This document shows, piece by piece, positions 49,921-60,435 of a DNA stretch of 64,000 nucleotides (positions are counted from its first letter, which is position 1; each line of letters opens with the position of its first letter). A program made the translations under genes and the position numbers. The notes under the pieces are model-generated. The model ran no database searches. It was not told the origin of the DNA and worked only from the letters and a program-made list of their open reading frames with translations. Source of the DNA: Candidatus Poribacteria bacterium (GTDB taxonomy: Bacteria > Poribacteria > WGA-4E > WGA-3G). The stretch covers positions 2,752,001-2,816,000 of the forward strand of contig OZ240248.1 in the NCBI GenBank assembly GCA_965198235.1. The letters run 5' to 3'.

Positions 49921-51120
49921 ATGCTACCAGAAAAAGAAAAGTTACAATTTTTGCAAAAGACGGAACTTTTTGCAGAACTCCCACAAACTGAGCTAAAAGC
50001 GATCTGTCATATTGCAAACGAAGTCGCTTATCCAGCCTATTCAACGCTATTTGAGGAGGGGGATGAAGGCGATTCGCTCTACTTATTGGTCGATGGTGAA
50101 GTCAGCATCATCAAGGCAGGAACAGAAGTATTGTTCTTCAATGAGAAAGGTTACTGTCTCGGAGAAATCGCCCTGATTGACAACAAACCGCGGAGCGCCA
50201 CGGTTAAAACGGTGAAGCCGACCCAATTTCTGAGAATCACGAGGAACGACTTTTACAACGCTATGGCACGAGAACCGCGAATTGGTAGTGGGATGTTCCG
50301 AGTCTTAAACGACAAAATCCGACGCGACCTTGAGATTCAGATGAGTGCTATCCGTAAGGATATCGCACAAGAAGAATCAATGCGTCTTGCCGCTGAAGTC
50401 CAAAAATCTCTGCTCCCGAATAAAGAAATCGCGCATCCATGTGTCAGTTCCGCCGGATATTGCAGACCCGCAAATAGCGTCGGGGGCGACTATTACGACT
50501 ATATGGAACTCTCAGATAACCGCGTTGCCATTTTCCTCGGTGATGTCATGGGACACGGCTATCATTCGGCGATGGTAGCAGCGATGACGAAGAGTTGCTT
50601 GCAAACACAGATCCGCTTTGACGCTTCCGTGCCGGAAGTCATGAGTGCCATTACCCGTGTCACAGAAGAGGATGCACAAGCCTTTATCTACATGACCTGT
50701 TGTTATCTTATCATTCACCCAGACAATCGGTTGGAGTTCGCCAATGCCGGTCATCCAGAGATGCTTCTCTATCGCGCTGGGCAGAACGGTGACAACAGTG
50801 AGAACGACGACCTACTTGAGTTAAAGTCCTCGTTTCTGCCGGTCGGTATCTCAATGTTAGACACACCGACGCAATATTACAGTACCGAAGTCGAGTGGGC
50901 CCCCGGTGATCTGTTAGTACTTTATTCAGATGGGATCACAGAAGCGTTCAATCCTAACTCGGAAATGTATGGATTGGAGCGTTTTAAAGCACTCATTTCA
51001 CAAAAACGTCATCTGTCCCCCGAAGAGATAAAGGCAGAGATTCTGTCTGACCTTCAGGCACATCAACAGGACGAAAGCACCAATGATGACATTACACTGG
51101 TTGTGGCGAAGTTCTTATAA
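49921..51120 (+). CDS. cNMP-binding domain fused to SpoIIE/RsbU-type PP2C phosphatase
   Basis: LGEIALIDNKPRSAT; VGGDYYD, GDVMGHG, YSDGITEA, DDITL. Confidence 0.92.
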   Translation: MLPEKEKLQFLQKTELFAELPQTELKAICHIANEVAYPAYSTLFEEGDEGDSLYLLVDGEVSIIKAGTEVLFFNEKGYCLGEIALIDNKPRSATVKTVKPTQFLRITRNDFYNAMAREPRIGSGMFRVLNDKIRRDLEIQMSAIRKDIAQEESMRLAAEVQKSLLPNKEIAHPCVSSAGYCRPANSVGGDYYDYMELSDNRVAIFLGDVMGHGYHSAMVAAMTKSCLQTQIRFDASVPEVMSAITRVTEEDAQAFIYMTCCYLIIHPDNRLEFANAGHPEMLLYRAGQNGDNSENDDLLELKSSFLPVGISMLDTPTQYYSTEVEWAPGDLLVLYSDGITEAFNPNSEMYGLERFKALISQKRHLSPEEIKAEILSDLQAHQQDESTNDDITLVVAKFL

Positions 51121-51162
51121 TTGTCTTGAATTTTCAAAGATTTCTTAATGGTTTTCACCGTC

Positions 51163-52362
51163 CTACTTGAGCTGGCTGACGGCATAATGCATGATATTTT
51201 CCATGAGTGCTTTGTTCATGGAAGTGGTATATTGGCTATCGTTACGAAGGCTGGTAATAATGTATAATCCCTTGCCATACCGTCTCGTCCCAACAACGAG
51301 TTCCTTATTGTCCTCAGTAGTAGCAAAAATTTCATCGCGTCGGTTCCAGTCTACCCATGTGTCATCAACAAAGATTTTTCCGGACTCAATTTTGTTGGGA
51401 ATGGAGAAAAGGGAATTGCCTTTTTCAGTAACAGCGAAATGTTGGGTTAGCGGGCTTTCAACACCTTTCAACTGGTTTCCGTGTAGCCACCCGACACCGC
51501 ACGGCTTCTCAACGCTACTGTCCTGTCCCGTAACAACGACAATGCCACCCTTTTTCACAAACGCTTTAATCTTCTTCTCTACTTCACTGGAAAGGAGGTA
51601 GTGTCCATAACTCGAAATCTCTTCGTATCCGATCCACAGAATATCGGCTTTTTCTAACTGCGGCAACTTATATTCTCTGGTGGGTTCATGAGCGATAGCG
51701 CGTTTGCTGACTTTTTTCACAGCGCGCAGTGCCATATATTCATACGTTGCTGTGTTTGTATAGACAGGGGTTTGACTCCATGTTGGATGCGTGCTATTTC
51801 CTGTTAGGACCAGAACTTTGACGGCATCTTTCGGCGCGGCAACCCACATTTTGCCAGCTAACATGTTGAGAACAATCGATTGGAATGCCTTTGCCTTGCC
51901 ATCAAATGTCCGGGACATCATCGGATCAATGTGCGTAAATGTCCACCAAGAGCCACCGTATCCACCGCGATAGGCACGCATCTGAAACCACGTATTGTCA
52001 ATAAAGCACATACTATCTATGCCATAATGCTCACGATAGAAAACGATAATAGGCATGCCCTGCTTGAGCAGGCTTGCCATCTTCTCCGGTGAGGTGCCTC
52101 GCTTGTAATGTCCAGTGGCAAAGTTCATCTTAATTTCCTTGAGTTCGCTTTTCCCTTTGACATCTTTTTTGACAGTAACAACGCCTCGCAAACGTTTCTG
52201 GTCAACACTCTTTACTTCGCCAAAAACGATGTTCGTACAAGCATCAAGGATTTCACGAATCGTATACTCGCGCTCAATAAACGCCGGTGCAGCTGGCACG
52301 AAAAGCAACCCGATGAGACAAAACCCTAACAATAAAGCAATGAGGTTATATGTAAAGCGCAT
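51163..52362 (-). CDS. Exported hypothetical protein with a possible GATase-like C-terminal fold
   Basis: Signal peptide; FVKKGGIVVV and YGKGLYII segments. Confidence 0.65.
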   Translation of the reverse strand: MRFTYNLIALLLGFCLIGLLFVPAAPAFIEREYTIREILDACTNIVFGEVKSVDQKRLRGVVTVKKDVKGKSELKEIKMNFATGHYKRGTSPEKMASLLKQGMPIIVFYREHYGIDSMCFIDNTWFQMRAYRGGYGGSWWTFTHIDPMMSRTFDGKAKAFQSIVLNMLAGKMWVAAPKDAVKVLVLTGNSTHPTWSQTPVYTNTATYEYMALRAVKKVSKRAIAHEPTREYKLPQLEKADILWIGYEEISSYGHYLLSSEVEKKIKAFVKKGGIVVVTGQDSSVEKPCGVGWLHGNQLKGVESPLTQHFAVTEKGNSLFSIPNKIESGKIFVDDTWVDWNRRDEIFATTEDNKELVVGTRRYGKGLYIITSLRNDSQYTTSMNKALMENIMHYAVSQLK

Positions 52363-52514
52363 GGTGGGATCCCCTTCTATACATGTCAGATTTTCTAATT
52401 AACAGATATTATATTACATCTGCGTTGAATTTTCAACTTTTAAACGATTTGACTTCGCGCTGCCCTTCATTACATTTCGGGCAGGTTTCTGACGCACTTC
52501 AGCCGAAATGTATC

Positions 52515-52568
52515 AGAACCCATCGTGAAACGTAGTGGAACGATGCCCAGGGGCCTATAGTTTAAAAA
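52515..52568 (+). repeat. Family C hairpin element
   Basis: CCATCGTGAAACGTAGTGGAACGATGCCCAGGGGCCTATAGTTTAAAAA. Confidence 0.8.
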
Positions 52569-52587
52569 CCGTTTTGTACATCAAGTT

Positions 52588-54213
52588 ATGTCAGAATTCA
52601 AATCTCCCCTTTTGGTGCAGTTGGTAAGCCAAAACTTGCAGTTAAAAAACTCACGGTTTACATCAGCAGAAATCTTTGACGCTGCCACTTACATCGGATT
52701 TCTGATCTTCGTCCTTTCCCTACCGTTCGGGTATTCGACAGCATTCCTCAACATCGGGCTTTCATTTGTGCTATTCGGATGGGTGGGACGCATCATTTCA
52801 GAGCGGAAACTCGGTTGGCAACGCACTCCGCTTGACATTCCTATCTTGCTGTTTCTCGGATTGGGCTTAATAGCCTCACTTCTTGCACCACATCCTGCCA
52901 CCAGTAGCCTCGGCTATTTTTGGAAACTTCTCCGTGCGATCCTGCTCTTTTATGCGGTTATTCACAGTCGATTGGGCACTCGATGGCGACATATCGTCAT
53001 TGTCTTCATCGCCGCGGCAGGGATCTCTTCTGCACTCGGACTCTGGTATTACGCAAATGACACCCGTTTAGGGATTGATTTTATGGGGAGGATTGGGTTA
53101 CAATTTCAGGAAGAACTCGCTGCAGGTGAAGGCCCAACTTTACAAATGTCGGATGAATTACGCACCGAATTGCGAAGTTGCAATGTACCGCTCTCCGAAA
53201 CCGCATTGTTTGTACCTTCAAAGCAACCAAACGAATGGCGCATTGACGATCCAGCGAGAAACAGACGCTACACAATCCGCAAAAGTGAGACGCATCTGAT
53301 GGTGTACATGATCGAGCAGCGGCTCACCGGAACCTTCAAGATGCCGAATGACTTGGGGGCATATCTCGCCCTCGCGCTCCCATTTGTTATGGGCTACTTT
53401 GTAGCTGGCTGCAGCGGTACGACTTTCCATTCGGAACGGACGGAAACACATCGAAAATCACAACGCGTCTTGATTTGGACGACCGTGGGACTCGGTGTGA
53501 TTTTAGCACTGATGAGTGCAAATCTGGCATTGACACTGACGCGCGCTGCGTGGGTGAGTGTCGCCGTTGCGGTAGTTTGCATCGGATACTATTTTGTTGT
53601 AAAGACCTTACTTACATTTATGTCATGGAAACGAAGTCTGCTGGGGTTGGCGTTAGTAAGTGTTGTATTTTGCATATTGATCGTGAATACAAGTTCCCGT
53701 CAGGCGATAGTTGGGATCGTTCCTCGACATATCAAGGGGCGCGTCCAAACGATGATTGCACACCCCGCGGGGTTCATGAGTGAACGTCCACAGTGGTGGC
53801 GGACCTCGCTACAAATGATTCAGAAACACCCACTTACCGGTATCGGATTGGGCAGATTTCGCTATGAGTATCAACACAGTGGGCCGGATGAGCAGTACTA
53901 CACACCCTATCACGCGCACAACATCTACTTACACATCGCCGCTGAGCAAGGCATTCCTTCGCTCTTTTTGTTTTTGTGGATGGTAGCAGTTATTTGTCAG
54001 CAGGTTTTCGTCATGCGAAAGACCAACGATCTTTGGAAAGTGGGAACCTTTATTGGTGCGAGTGGGTTTCTAATCTCTGCGCTTATTTACGGACTCGCAG
54101 ATAATATTTTACATCAGCGGACAGTGTTGCTTTTCTGGTTTATTATCGGCATGATTTTTTATACACAATCATTCAAGGACGAAAAACATGAACAAACGCC
54201 GGGGCCCAATTGA
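52588..54213 (+). CDS. O-antigen ligase (WaaL/Wzy_C) family membrane protein
   Basis: RLTGTFKMPN, LTLTRAAW, HPLTGIGLG, HAHNIYL. Confidence 0.88.
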   Translation: MSEFKSPLLVQLVSQNLQLKNSRFTSAEIFDAATYIGFLIFVLSLPFGYSTAFLNIGLSFVLFGWVGRIISERKLGWQRTPLDIPILLFLGLGLIASLLAPHPATSSLGYFWKLLRAILLFYAVIHSRLGTRWRHIVIVFIAAAGISSALGLWYYANDTRLGIDFMGRIGLQFQEELAAGEGPTLQMSDELRTELRSCNVPLSETALFVPSKQPNEWRIDDPARNRRYTIRKSETHLMVYMIEQRLTGTFKMPNDLGAYLALALPFVMGYFVAGCSGTTFHSERTETHRKSQRVLIWTTVGLGVILALMSANLALTLTRAAWVSVAVAVVCIGYYFVVKTLLTFMSWKRSLLGLALVSVVFCILIVNTSSRQAIVGIVPRHIKGRVQTMIAHPAGFMSERPQWWRTSLQMIQKHPLTGIGLGRFRYEYQHSGPDEQYYTPYHAHNIYLHIAAEQGIPSLFLFLWMVAVICQQVFVMRKTNDLWKVGTFIGASGFLISALIYGLADNILHQRTVLLFWFIIGMIFYTQSFKDEKHEQTPGPN

Positions 54214-55135
54214 CATATCATCTGTGACGACTTACCCGCTTCAGAACCGTATCAACAAGGTTTCTGTCCGAGATTTCGCAACACTGCCGGAATTGAAGAT
54301 AGACTTGTCCCCATTTTTAGCAAGTTTGCCGAATATTCTCAAAGGACAGGACTTTTCGGCACTCGTCGACGATATCCTTGTCGCCCATCAGAACAAGAAA
54401 CCTGTCATCGTGATGATGGGAGGACATGTCATCAAATGCGGATTAAGCCCGCTTTTAATTGACTTGGCAAAACGTGGCGTGGTTACTGGGTTTGCCTTTA
54501 ACGGCGCAAGCAGTATCCACGATTTCGAGATTGCGCTTATCGGTGAGACCTCGGAGGATGTCGCCGCTTACCTCCAGAACGGGCAGTTTGGGATGTGGGA
54601 GGAAACAGGACGGTTGATGAATGAAGCAACTCAGTACGCCGCAGATACAGGTATCGGGATGGGTGAAGCACTGGGCAGACAACTCATTGAAATGGACGCG
54701 CCCTATAACGCATATAGTCTTCTTGCCGCTGGCATTCAATACAATGTGCCGATTACTGTGCATGTTGCCATCGGGACGGACATTATCCATCAGCATCCGT
54801 CTGCGAATGGTGCCGCTATCGGCGCAGCGAGTTTCACCGATTTCCGACTCCTAACGGCGTTAGTGACGGATTTGGAAGGTGGTGGCGTTGTGTTAAATTT
54901 GGGTTCAGCAGTAATACTACCTGAAGTTTTCCTGAAGGCATTAACGATCGCGCGGAACTTGGGGCATACGGTGTCTCAATTCACCGCCGCTAACTTCGAC
55001 ATGAATCAACAATACCGTCCCGTAGAGAATGTCGTTAAACGACCGACAGAGATGGGCGGTAAAGGTTATACGTTCACGGGACATCACGAGTTGATGATCC
55101 CGCTTTTAGTGCAAGCGGTTTTGTCTCGGTTGTAG
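54188..55135 (+). CDS. Conserved hypothetical protein, deoxyhypusine-synthase-like fold
   Basis: MGGHVIKCG, IHDFEIA, HVAIGTDI, GSAVILPEVFLKA, GHHELMIP. Confidence 0.7.
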   Translation: MNKRRGPIDISSVTTYPLQNRINKVSVRDFATLPELKIDLSPFLASLPNILKGQDFSALVDDILVAHQNKKPVIVMMGGHVIKCGLSPLLIDLAKRGVVTGFAFNGASSIHDFEIALIGETSEDVAAYLQNGQFGMWEETGRLMNEATQYAADTGIGMGEALGRQLIEMDAPYNAYSLLAAGIQYNVPITVHVAIGTDIIHQHPSANGAAIGAASFTDFRLLTALVTDLEGGGVVLNLGSAVILPEVFLKALTIARNLGHTVSQFTAANFDMNQQYRPVENVVKRPTEMGGKGYTFTGHHELMIPLLVQAVLSRL

Positions 55136-55597
55136 ATATTACTGAATTTCCACTGAAAAGAAAAAACGCGCCAACAAAGCGCGCTTCTCGGGATACGCAA
55201 TCGATTCATGGTAAAATTGGCGTATACTATAGAAAATACGATAGACTACTTCCCATTTGAAGGGCATTGTCTCACAATCCCAAGCATTTATGCTTGGGTC
55301 CAATTTTGGTCCCCTCAAACCCCGCTGGCGAGGTTTCCTAACCTCGCCCTATTGGAAAAAAAGGTGAAAACTCTCAAATAAATTCTTAAAACTAAATGAC
55401 CCTATTTGAGAATGAAAAACAGTTGACCTTTGGGATAAAAATACGCAATTAGTAGTTTTGGGATCGGTTAAATTGAGCCTAACATTTGACCTTGTTCTTT
55501 TTATTCAACGATGCCAATTGTTCCATTTGATTCATTTATACCCGTAAACATATCTACTCCCCGATGTTCAATAAAACAAGTTATAGGACTAACTATT

Positions 55598-56737
55598 TGA
55601 GGGGTGTTCATAATTGAACTGAGTCAGGATAAAGGTTATAATCTTATCTAAAGCTAAAAAAGAGAGGATTATAACATGTGTTATCCTGACCGAGACTATT
55701 ATATCAGATTTTTATTTCAACGTCTCAAAGAATTTGAGACTCCCTTGAACTCCGAAAAGCCCACAGACGCGGTCGTCCTAAAGTCCACGCCGATAGTTCA
55801 CTGATCGTCTTTTTTGCCATTATGATGCTCAAAGGCATCCATGCGTTGAAAGCCCAACGGAGATGGCTTCTCGCCACCCCCATTTGGCTTCGACATCTGA
55901 AACTCAAAAGTGTTCCATCACGGGCGACTCTATCGCGTCGTTACAAACAAGTGGCATCAAACCTTGAGGTGTTTATAGAATATCTCGGTGATTTCGGTGT
56001 TTCCCTTGATGTTCAGACACCCCCGGAAGTTGTCTATGAAGACAAAAGCCTATATAAAGCCAAAGGCAGTGTGTGGCACGAAAAACACCGTAAATCCGGG
56101 CATATCCCCGAAGGGCTTCGCGCCCTTGATACGGATGCGAGTTGGTCAACGAGCAAGTATCGCGGGTGGGTTTATGGCTATGGTCTCCACCTAACGACGA
56201 CTGCCAGCGGTTTTCCGAGACTCGCTGACGTCTACACTGCCTCGGTGAGCGAAAAAACAGGGCTTGACGAGAAGACGCAAGCACTTATTGTTCGGAATAT
56301 CAGGTATATCGTCGCTGATGCTGGATATACCGACTTCAACCGGGTTCAGACGCTCGCAGAAAGCGGCTTGTTGCTGTTGACACCTATCCCGGGTGCCAAA
56401 AACCAGAGGAAAGTCGCGTATCTTCAAGCGATCGATGCCGCACCGGAGTTGCGTGCGTATCAGGAGCAGCGCAAAACAGCGATTGAACCTATCTTTAGTT
56501 TGCTCAGTGAACTGACAGGCACTGACACGAATCAGAAGCAACTTCCGATGAGCCGGCTTGACAATGTCCGAACCTTTTTGAGACTCGCAGTGATGTTGCT
56601 ACAGTTGGCAATGATCATTAACTCGATTTGGAACTTACCGAGTCGAGAGGTTTCATGGATGAGGGCCTACTTTCGATAAAACAAACGCCGGGGCGGAAAT
56701 ATACTATTTTGTTATAGGTATTTATGAACACCCCTCA
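55598..56737 (+). mobile_element. Insertion sequence (DDE_Tnp_1-type, IS4/IS5/IS982-like) with 16-bp terminal inverted repeats
   Basis: TGAGGGGTGTTCATAA (55598-55613) and TTATGAACACCCCTCA (56722-56737); no target-site duplication visible. Confidence 0.85.
55676..56679 (+). pseudogene. DDE transposase with an apparent frameshift near 55740
   Basis: SD GAGAGG plus ATG 55676 (MCYPDRDYY...) is out of frame with RRGRPK...PSRATLSRR...GWVYGYGLHL...ADAGY...RKTAIEPIFS. Confidence 0.7.
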
Positions 56738-57515
56738 TCTACTTGTAGACGTAAAAGAAGATTCAGCACCAGCTATGGGACAAGTCTGGAGTGACATAAA
56801 AACTCTAAACTCACGGGCAAATGAACGCACTACCTATCCCACCCAAAAGCCAATTGAACTTTACAAACGCATCGTAACAGCCTCGTCAAACAAATGCGAT
56901 CTGGTCTTGGATCCGTTCTGCGGATGTGGCACAACGTTAATGGCTGCGGAAGAACTAAAACGGAAATGGATAGGAATTGATTTAACCTACCTCGCTACTG
57001 GTGCTGTCAAACTTCAAATCGAGAAGTTATTTCCACAACTGCGGAACGAAGTCATTATCGCCGGCACACCTGAAAACGAGGAACAGGCACTCAGACTCGC
57101 CCACAACAATCCATTCGGCTTTGAAGATTGGTGCATCACGCATGTACTGAAATTTAAGCCAAACACAAGAAGGGGAGCAGATGGCGGAATAGACGGCACA
57201 TTCAGGTTCCCAGTGGGAACTGAAAGAGGCAGAGAAAAATATGGCAAAGCCGTCGCACAGGTGAAAGGCGGAAACTATACACTTAGCCACATCAGGGACT
57301 TCCGTACCGCCATGCAGAATGCCGAAGCCGATTTAGGCGTATTCGTCGTCACATCACCTCCGACACGCGAAATGCAGACAGAAGCCACTCGCGCTGGAAC
57401 ATACAAACACCCTTTTTACGAGTTTGAAGCTCCTTGTGTTCAAATCTACGAGATACAGGACTATTTTAGAGACATTTTACCGAAGCTTCCCCTCGCTGAA
57501 AGGGTTGTGTTGTAA
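56738..57515 (+). pseudogene. 5'-truncated N4/N6 DNA methyltransferase fused to an Mrr-like endonuclease domain
   Basis: VWSDI...YPTQKP...LDPFCGCGTT...GIDL then GADGGIDG...AQVKGG. The catalytic DPP(F/Y) half is absent and the listed ATG lies in the IS inverted repeat. Confidence 0.8.
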
Positions 57516-57534
57516 GAACGACAGGAAAATAGCC

Positions 57535-57690
57535 ATGAAAGGCACAAGACCCCTTGACAATTTCGAAATCCGCAGCGTCTCAACATGTTTCACCGGCACA
57601 TTCCAAGTATACAACCGTGGGCCGTTCATGCTCGGCGTGAGTACTGGCGGGCGCATCAGTGAGCTGTTGAGACTAATGAATGGCGATGTC
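57535..57690 (+). pseudogene. N-terminal fragment of a tyrosine recombinase/integrase
   Basis: MKGTRPLD...LGVSTGGRISELLRL..GDV (box I arginine), cut by the ISAs1 fragment. Confidence 0.7.
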
Positions 57691-57869
57691 CTTTTTTCTT
57701 GCGTGGATCCGGCACTTCTGCTAACATATCAACTAAGTGGCAGGAAGAAGTTCTTGTCATGATTCACCTCAAAAACTTGTTGAATTTTAGGGTGAAGTAT
57801 ATCTGCTTGTATACAATATTAACACCTGTGAAAAATACAACACAAAAAACCTACAATTGAATGACCCTG
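57689..57869 (-). mobile_element. ISAs1-family left-end fragment
   Basis: Starts CAGGGTCATTCAATTGTAGG; closely matches 59213-59423, including the first transposase codons (LAEVPDPRKK). Confidence 0.8.
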
Positions 57870-58194
57870 AGAAAAAATGGAATTTTTCTTCACAAATAAT
57901 GCAGGAATTGTTAATATTGTTAGTATCAACAATACCTTCGCCAACTTATCCAGGCCTGAGTTGAGCAGGTGTTTGATGAATAGAGCCAATAGAAGTCAGA
58001 TGTTCAGTGAGTTGGTCAATAACAATAGGTTCAGGTTTTTGTGGAAGCCTTTTTAATGTTTCTTGTAAATACTTCAGTCCACGGTAGTGCGCTTTGAGAT
58101 CTAAGACGCTAAAGTCAGTGTTTTGTATTGGTAAAGCGAGGAGAAAAACACGCGCAATGAATTGCGCTATTACAAACCTAAGGAGGATATACGC

Positions 58195-58794
58195 ATGAAA
58201 TATATGCGGTTGTTATTGATTCAATTTGTACTGCTTGTATTGGGATTGGTCGGTTATTGCATTGCTACTGAGATTGGCTTTGAAGCCGAAGACGCAGATG
58301 AAATTGTAGAAATCATGGAAATTTATGAAGATAAGAAAGCTTCAGGCGGTATGTATATATCGGCGGGAAAGGGCGGGGGGGGGCGCCACCCCGGTAAAGC
58401 CGATTTCGTGATTAACGTTAGAACACCCGGTCAGTACACGATGTGGGGGCGGGTGATTGCCCAAGATACGGCGAAGGACTCTTTCCATGTCACAGTCGAT
58501 CAGAAGAAAAGTCCACAACCGGGTGATGCCAACATGATCTGGGATACAGGTCAGTATCAGGAGTGGACGTGGGCAAAAGTAAAATGGCGCGAAAAGAATC
58601 CGTTGACCTTTGATCTGAAACCGGGGAAACATACCGTTACATTTTGGTCTAGGGAAGGCGATACCCGTTTGGATGCCGTTTACATGGCAATAGATCCCAA
58701 CGCTGTCCCCAAACTACCGAATGAAATTGAGGGTTTGGCTGTGCATCCCCGGAATCGCTTAACGACAACTTGGGCGGAGCTAAAAAAACGGTAG
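58195..58794 (+). CDS. Secreted CBM-like beta-sandwich protein with C-terminal AVHPRNRLTTTWAELKKR motif
   Basis: SD AGGAGG; signal peptide; FEAEDA, ASGGMYI, GQYTMWGRV, DSFHV, GKHTV, REGDTRLD. Confidence 0.8.
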   Translation: MKYMRLLLIQFVLLVLGLVGYCIATEIGFEAEDADEIVEIMEIYEDKKASGGMYISAGKGGGGRHPGKADFVINVRTPGQYTMWGRVIAQDTAKDSFHVTVDQKKSPQPGDANMIWDTGQYQEWTWAKVKWREKNPLTFDLKPGKHTVTFWSREGDTRLDAVYMAIDPNAVPKLPNEIEGLAVHPRNRLTTTWAELKKR

Positions 58795-58959
58795 GGCTGG
58801 ACTCAAGCACTGTGACATCAGAGCTGTTAGTCCTAACGGGTGGAGACCAGGTGACTTAACACAACTTAACACAAGTCAACGCAATTTGGCGGTTCCAGCA
58901 GGAGTGGCCTGGTGCTAGGTACGCTATAATCTTTGTATCAAACTGGCTTAGGGATTGGA

Positions 58960-59423
58960 CTTCGACACCTTCACGTTCTGATAAAGTCTGTGTTGTCCAT
59001 TGCGTGAGCGTTTTTTCTACGGCGGTGATGTTGAGACGCTGATAGGGATAATGAAACGTTGAAGCTGCCGGGGTTTGTTTGGCAGTGAACCCCAAGGCAC
59101 GTCGCAGGTCTGGGTGGAGGCGTGCCCATTTGGCAATGGCTGTATAACTGCGTTGCCCACACAAGAGTCCAACAACCGTGAGTGCCAGCATTGAGACTAA
59201 TGGATGGCGGCATCCTTTTTTCTTGCGTGGATCCGGCACTTCTGCTAACATATCAAGTAAGTGGCAAGAGAAACTTCTTGTCATGATTCACCTCAAAAGT
59301 GTGGTAATTTTTAGGGTGAAGTATAGCAGAAGTCGCGTGAAAAGTCACGCGACTTTTGCTTGTATAGAAATGTTAACACCTGTGAAAAATACAACACAAA
59401 AAACCTACAATTGAATGACCCTG
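58960..59423 (-). mobile_element. ISAs1-family element, 3'-truncated (N-terminal transposase fragment from ATG 59284)
   Basis: CAGGG terminus; LAEVPDPRKKKGCRHPL...LCGQRSYTAIAKW...TPAASTF; no DDE domain follows. Confidence 0.82.
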
Positions 59424-59464
59424 GCCAAGCGATTCCGAAAATTTACGGAGGCTTGGCATTTTTT

Positions 59465-59800
59465 ATGACCAACTCATTTTTGAAACAGGACTTGAGAACA
59501 CTCATCAATTCCCATCTTTCCTGGGTCGATAACCTCTCCGATGCTGAAATCCGTGAACGCCTTACCAGAGATGGCAACCCTGTCGGTTATGAAGGTCAAC
59601 ACATGATAGGTTACCATTGGTTCGCCTATCCTAACGCGGCAGAAGGGCTATACTCCAAAGTGTTCGCACGTGTCAACATGTTCGGTAGCGACGAGGAGAC
59701 CTGTCTGGTGTGTATCAAGCAAGGCAGGCTTTCGGTAACGCGCCAAGTCTGGGACGATGTCGTCTCGGTTCATGATAAACGGTTGCTGGTGTGTTTATAG
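59465..59800 (+). CDS. Hypothetical protein
   Basis: GGAGG upstream of ATG 59465; stop adjacent to the SD of the next gene. Confidence 0.5.
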   Translation: MTNSFLKQDLRTLINSHLSWVDNLSDAEIRERLTRDGNPVGYEGQHMIGYHWFAYPNAAEGLYSKVFARVNMFGSDEETCLVCIKQGRLSVTRQVWDDVVSVHDKRLLVCL

Positions 59801-59810
59801 GAGGGTCGCT

Positions 59811-60233
59811 ATGAGAAGCGCAATGTTTTTCCCGAATCGCATCTTCTACCAAGAAGAACTGTTGTTCACAGCCGTCACGTATGCTGTCGATTTGGAAGAA
59901 ACCGAGTTTTTGAACCTCAGGCTCATAATGCCGATTGAGCAGTTAGGTATCCGTCCTGCCGAGTTTCGACTCATCGAGGTTGCTGATAAAATCTTGGAAC
60001 GCTATGCGATTCATGAGCTTCACTACTTGGGTTCCATCAATGCGGATATAGAGCGAATTCAGTATCTTGTTGGGAATTGGGATTACAGAAAGATTAGGCA
60101 TATCCGTATAGGGAACTTCTGCCCCGGTCCCGATGGGGGATACACGATCACGGACGGCAATCATCGCTGTGTAGTATTGGCATTGCTTCTGTCAACGCAC
60201 AGCATTACAAACGCACAAGGGAACCATTTCTAA
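59811..60233 (+). CDS. Hypothetical protein with ParB/Srx-like motif
   Basis: SD GGAGGG; GGYTITDGNHRCVVL. Confidence 0.55.
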   Translation: MRSAMFFPNRIFYQEELLFTAVTYAVDLEETEFLNLRLIMPIEQLGIRPAEFRLIEVADKILERYAIHELHYLGSINADIERIQYLVGNWDYRKIRHIRIGNFCPGPDGGYTITDGNHRCVVLALLLSTHSITNAQGNHF

Positions 60234-60435
60234 GTCTTGATGTTTTTTTCAGCTCTATCAACGATGCTTGGAGAGCCCGCAGTTTCGGCAGGGAGGGGAT
60301 GTGCAAATAGATCCGTAGGAGTTTACCCCGTCTGACGCTATCCACGTCCTCGCAACCTTCCAAAATTTCTCGATATGTCAAGTAAGTCATGTTGAATTTT
60401 CCTAATCTTTATGAGGCAAATGTCCCTGAAACCGG

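Noticed and set aside
55362-55403. Possible third ISAs1 end (...AAATGACCCT)
   Set aside because: The match is too short to support
57870-58190. Possible riboswitch or ncRNA upstream of the CBM-like gene
   Set aside because: No recognisable conserved motif; an Rfam scan would be needed
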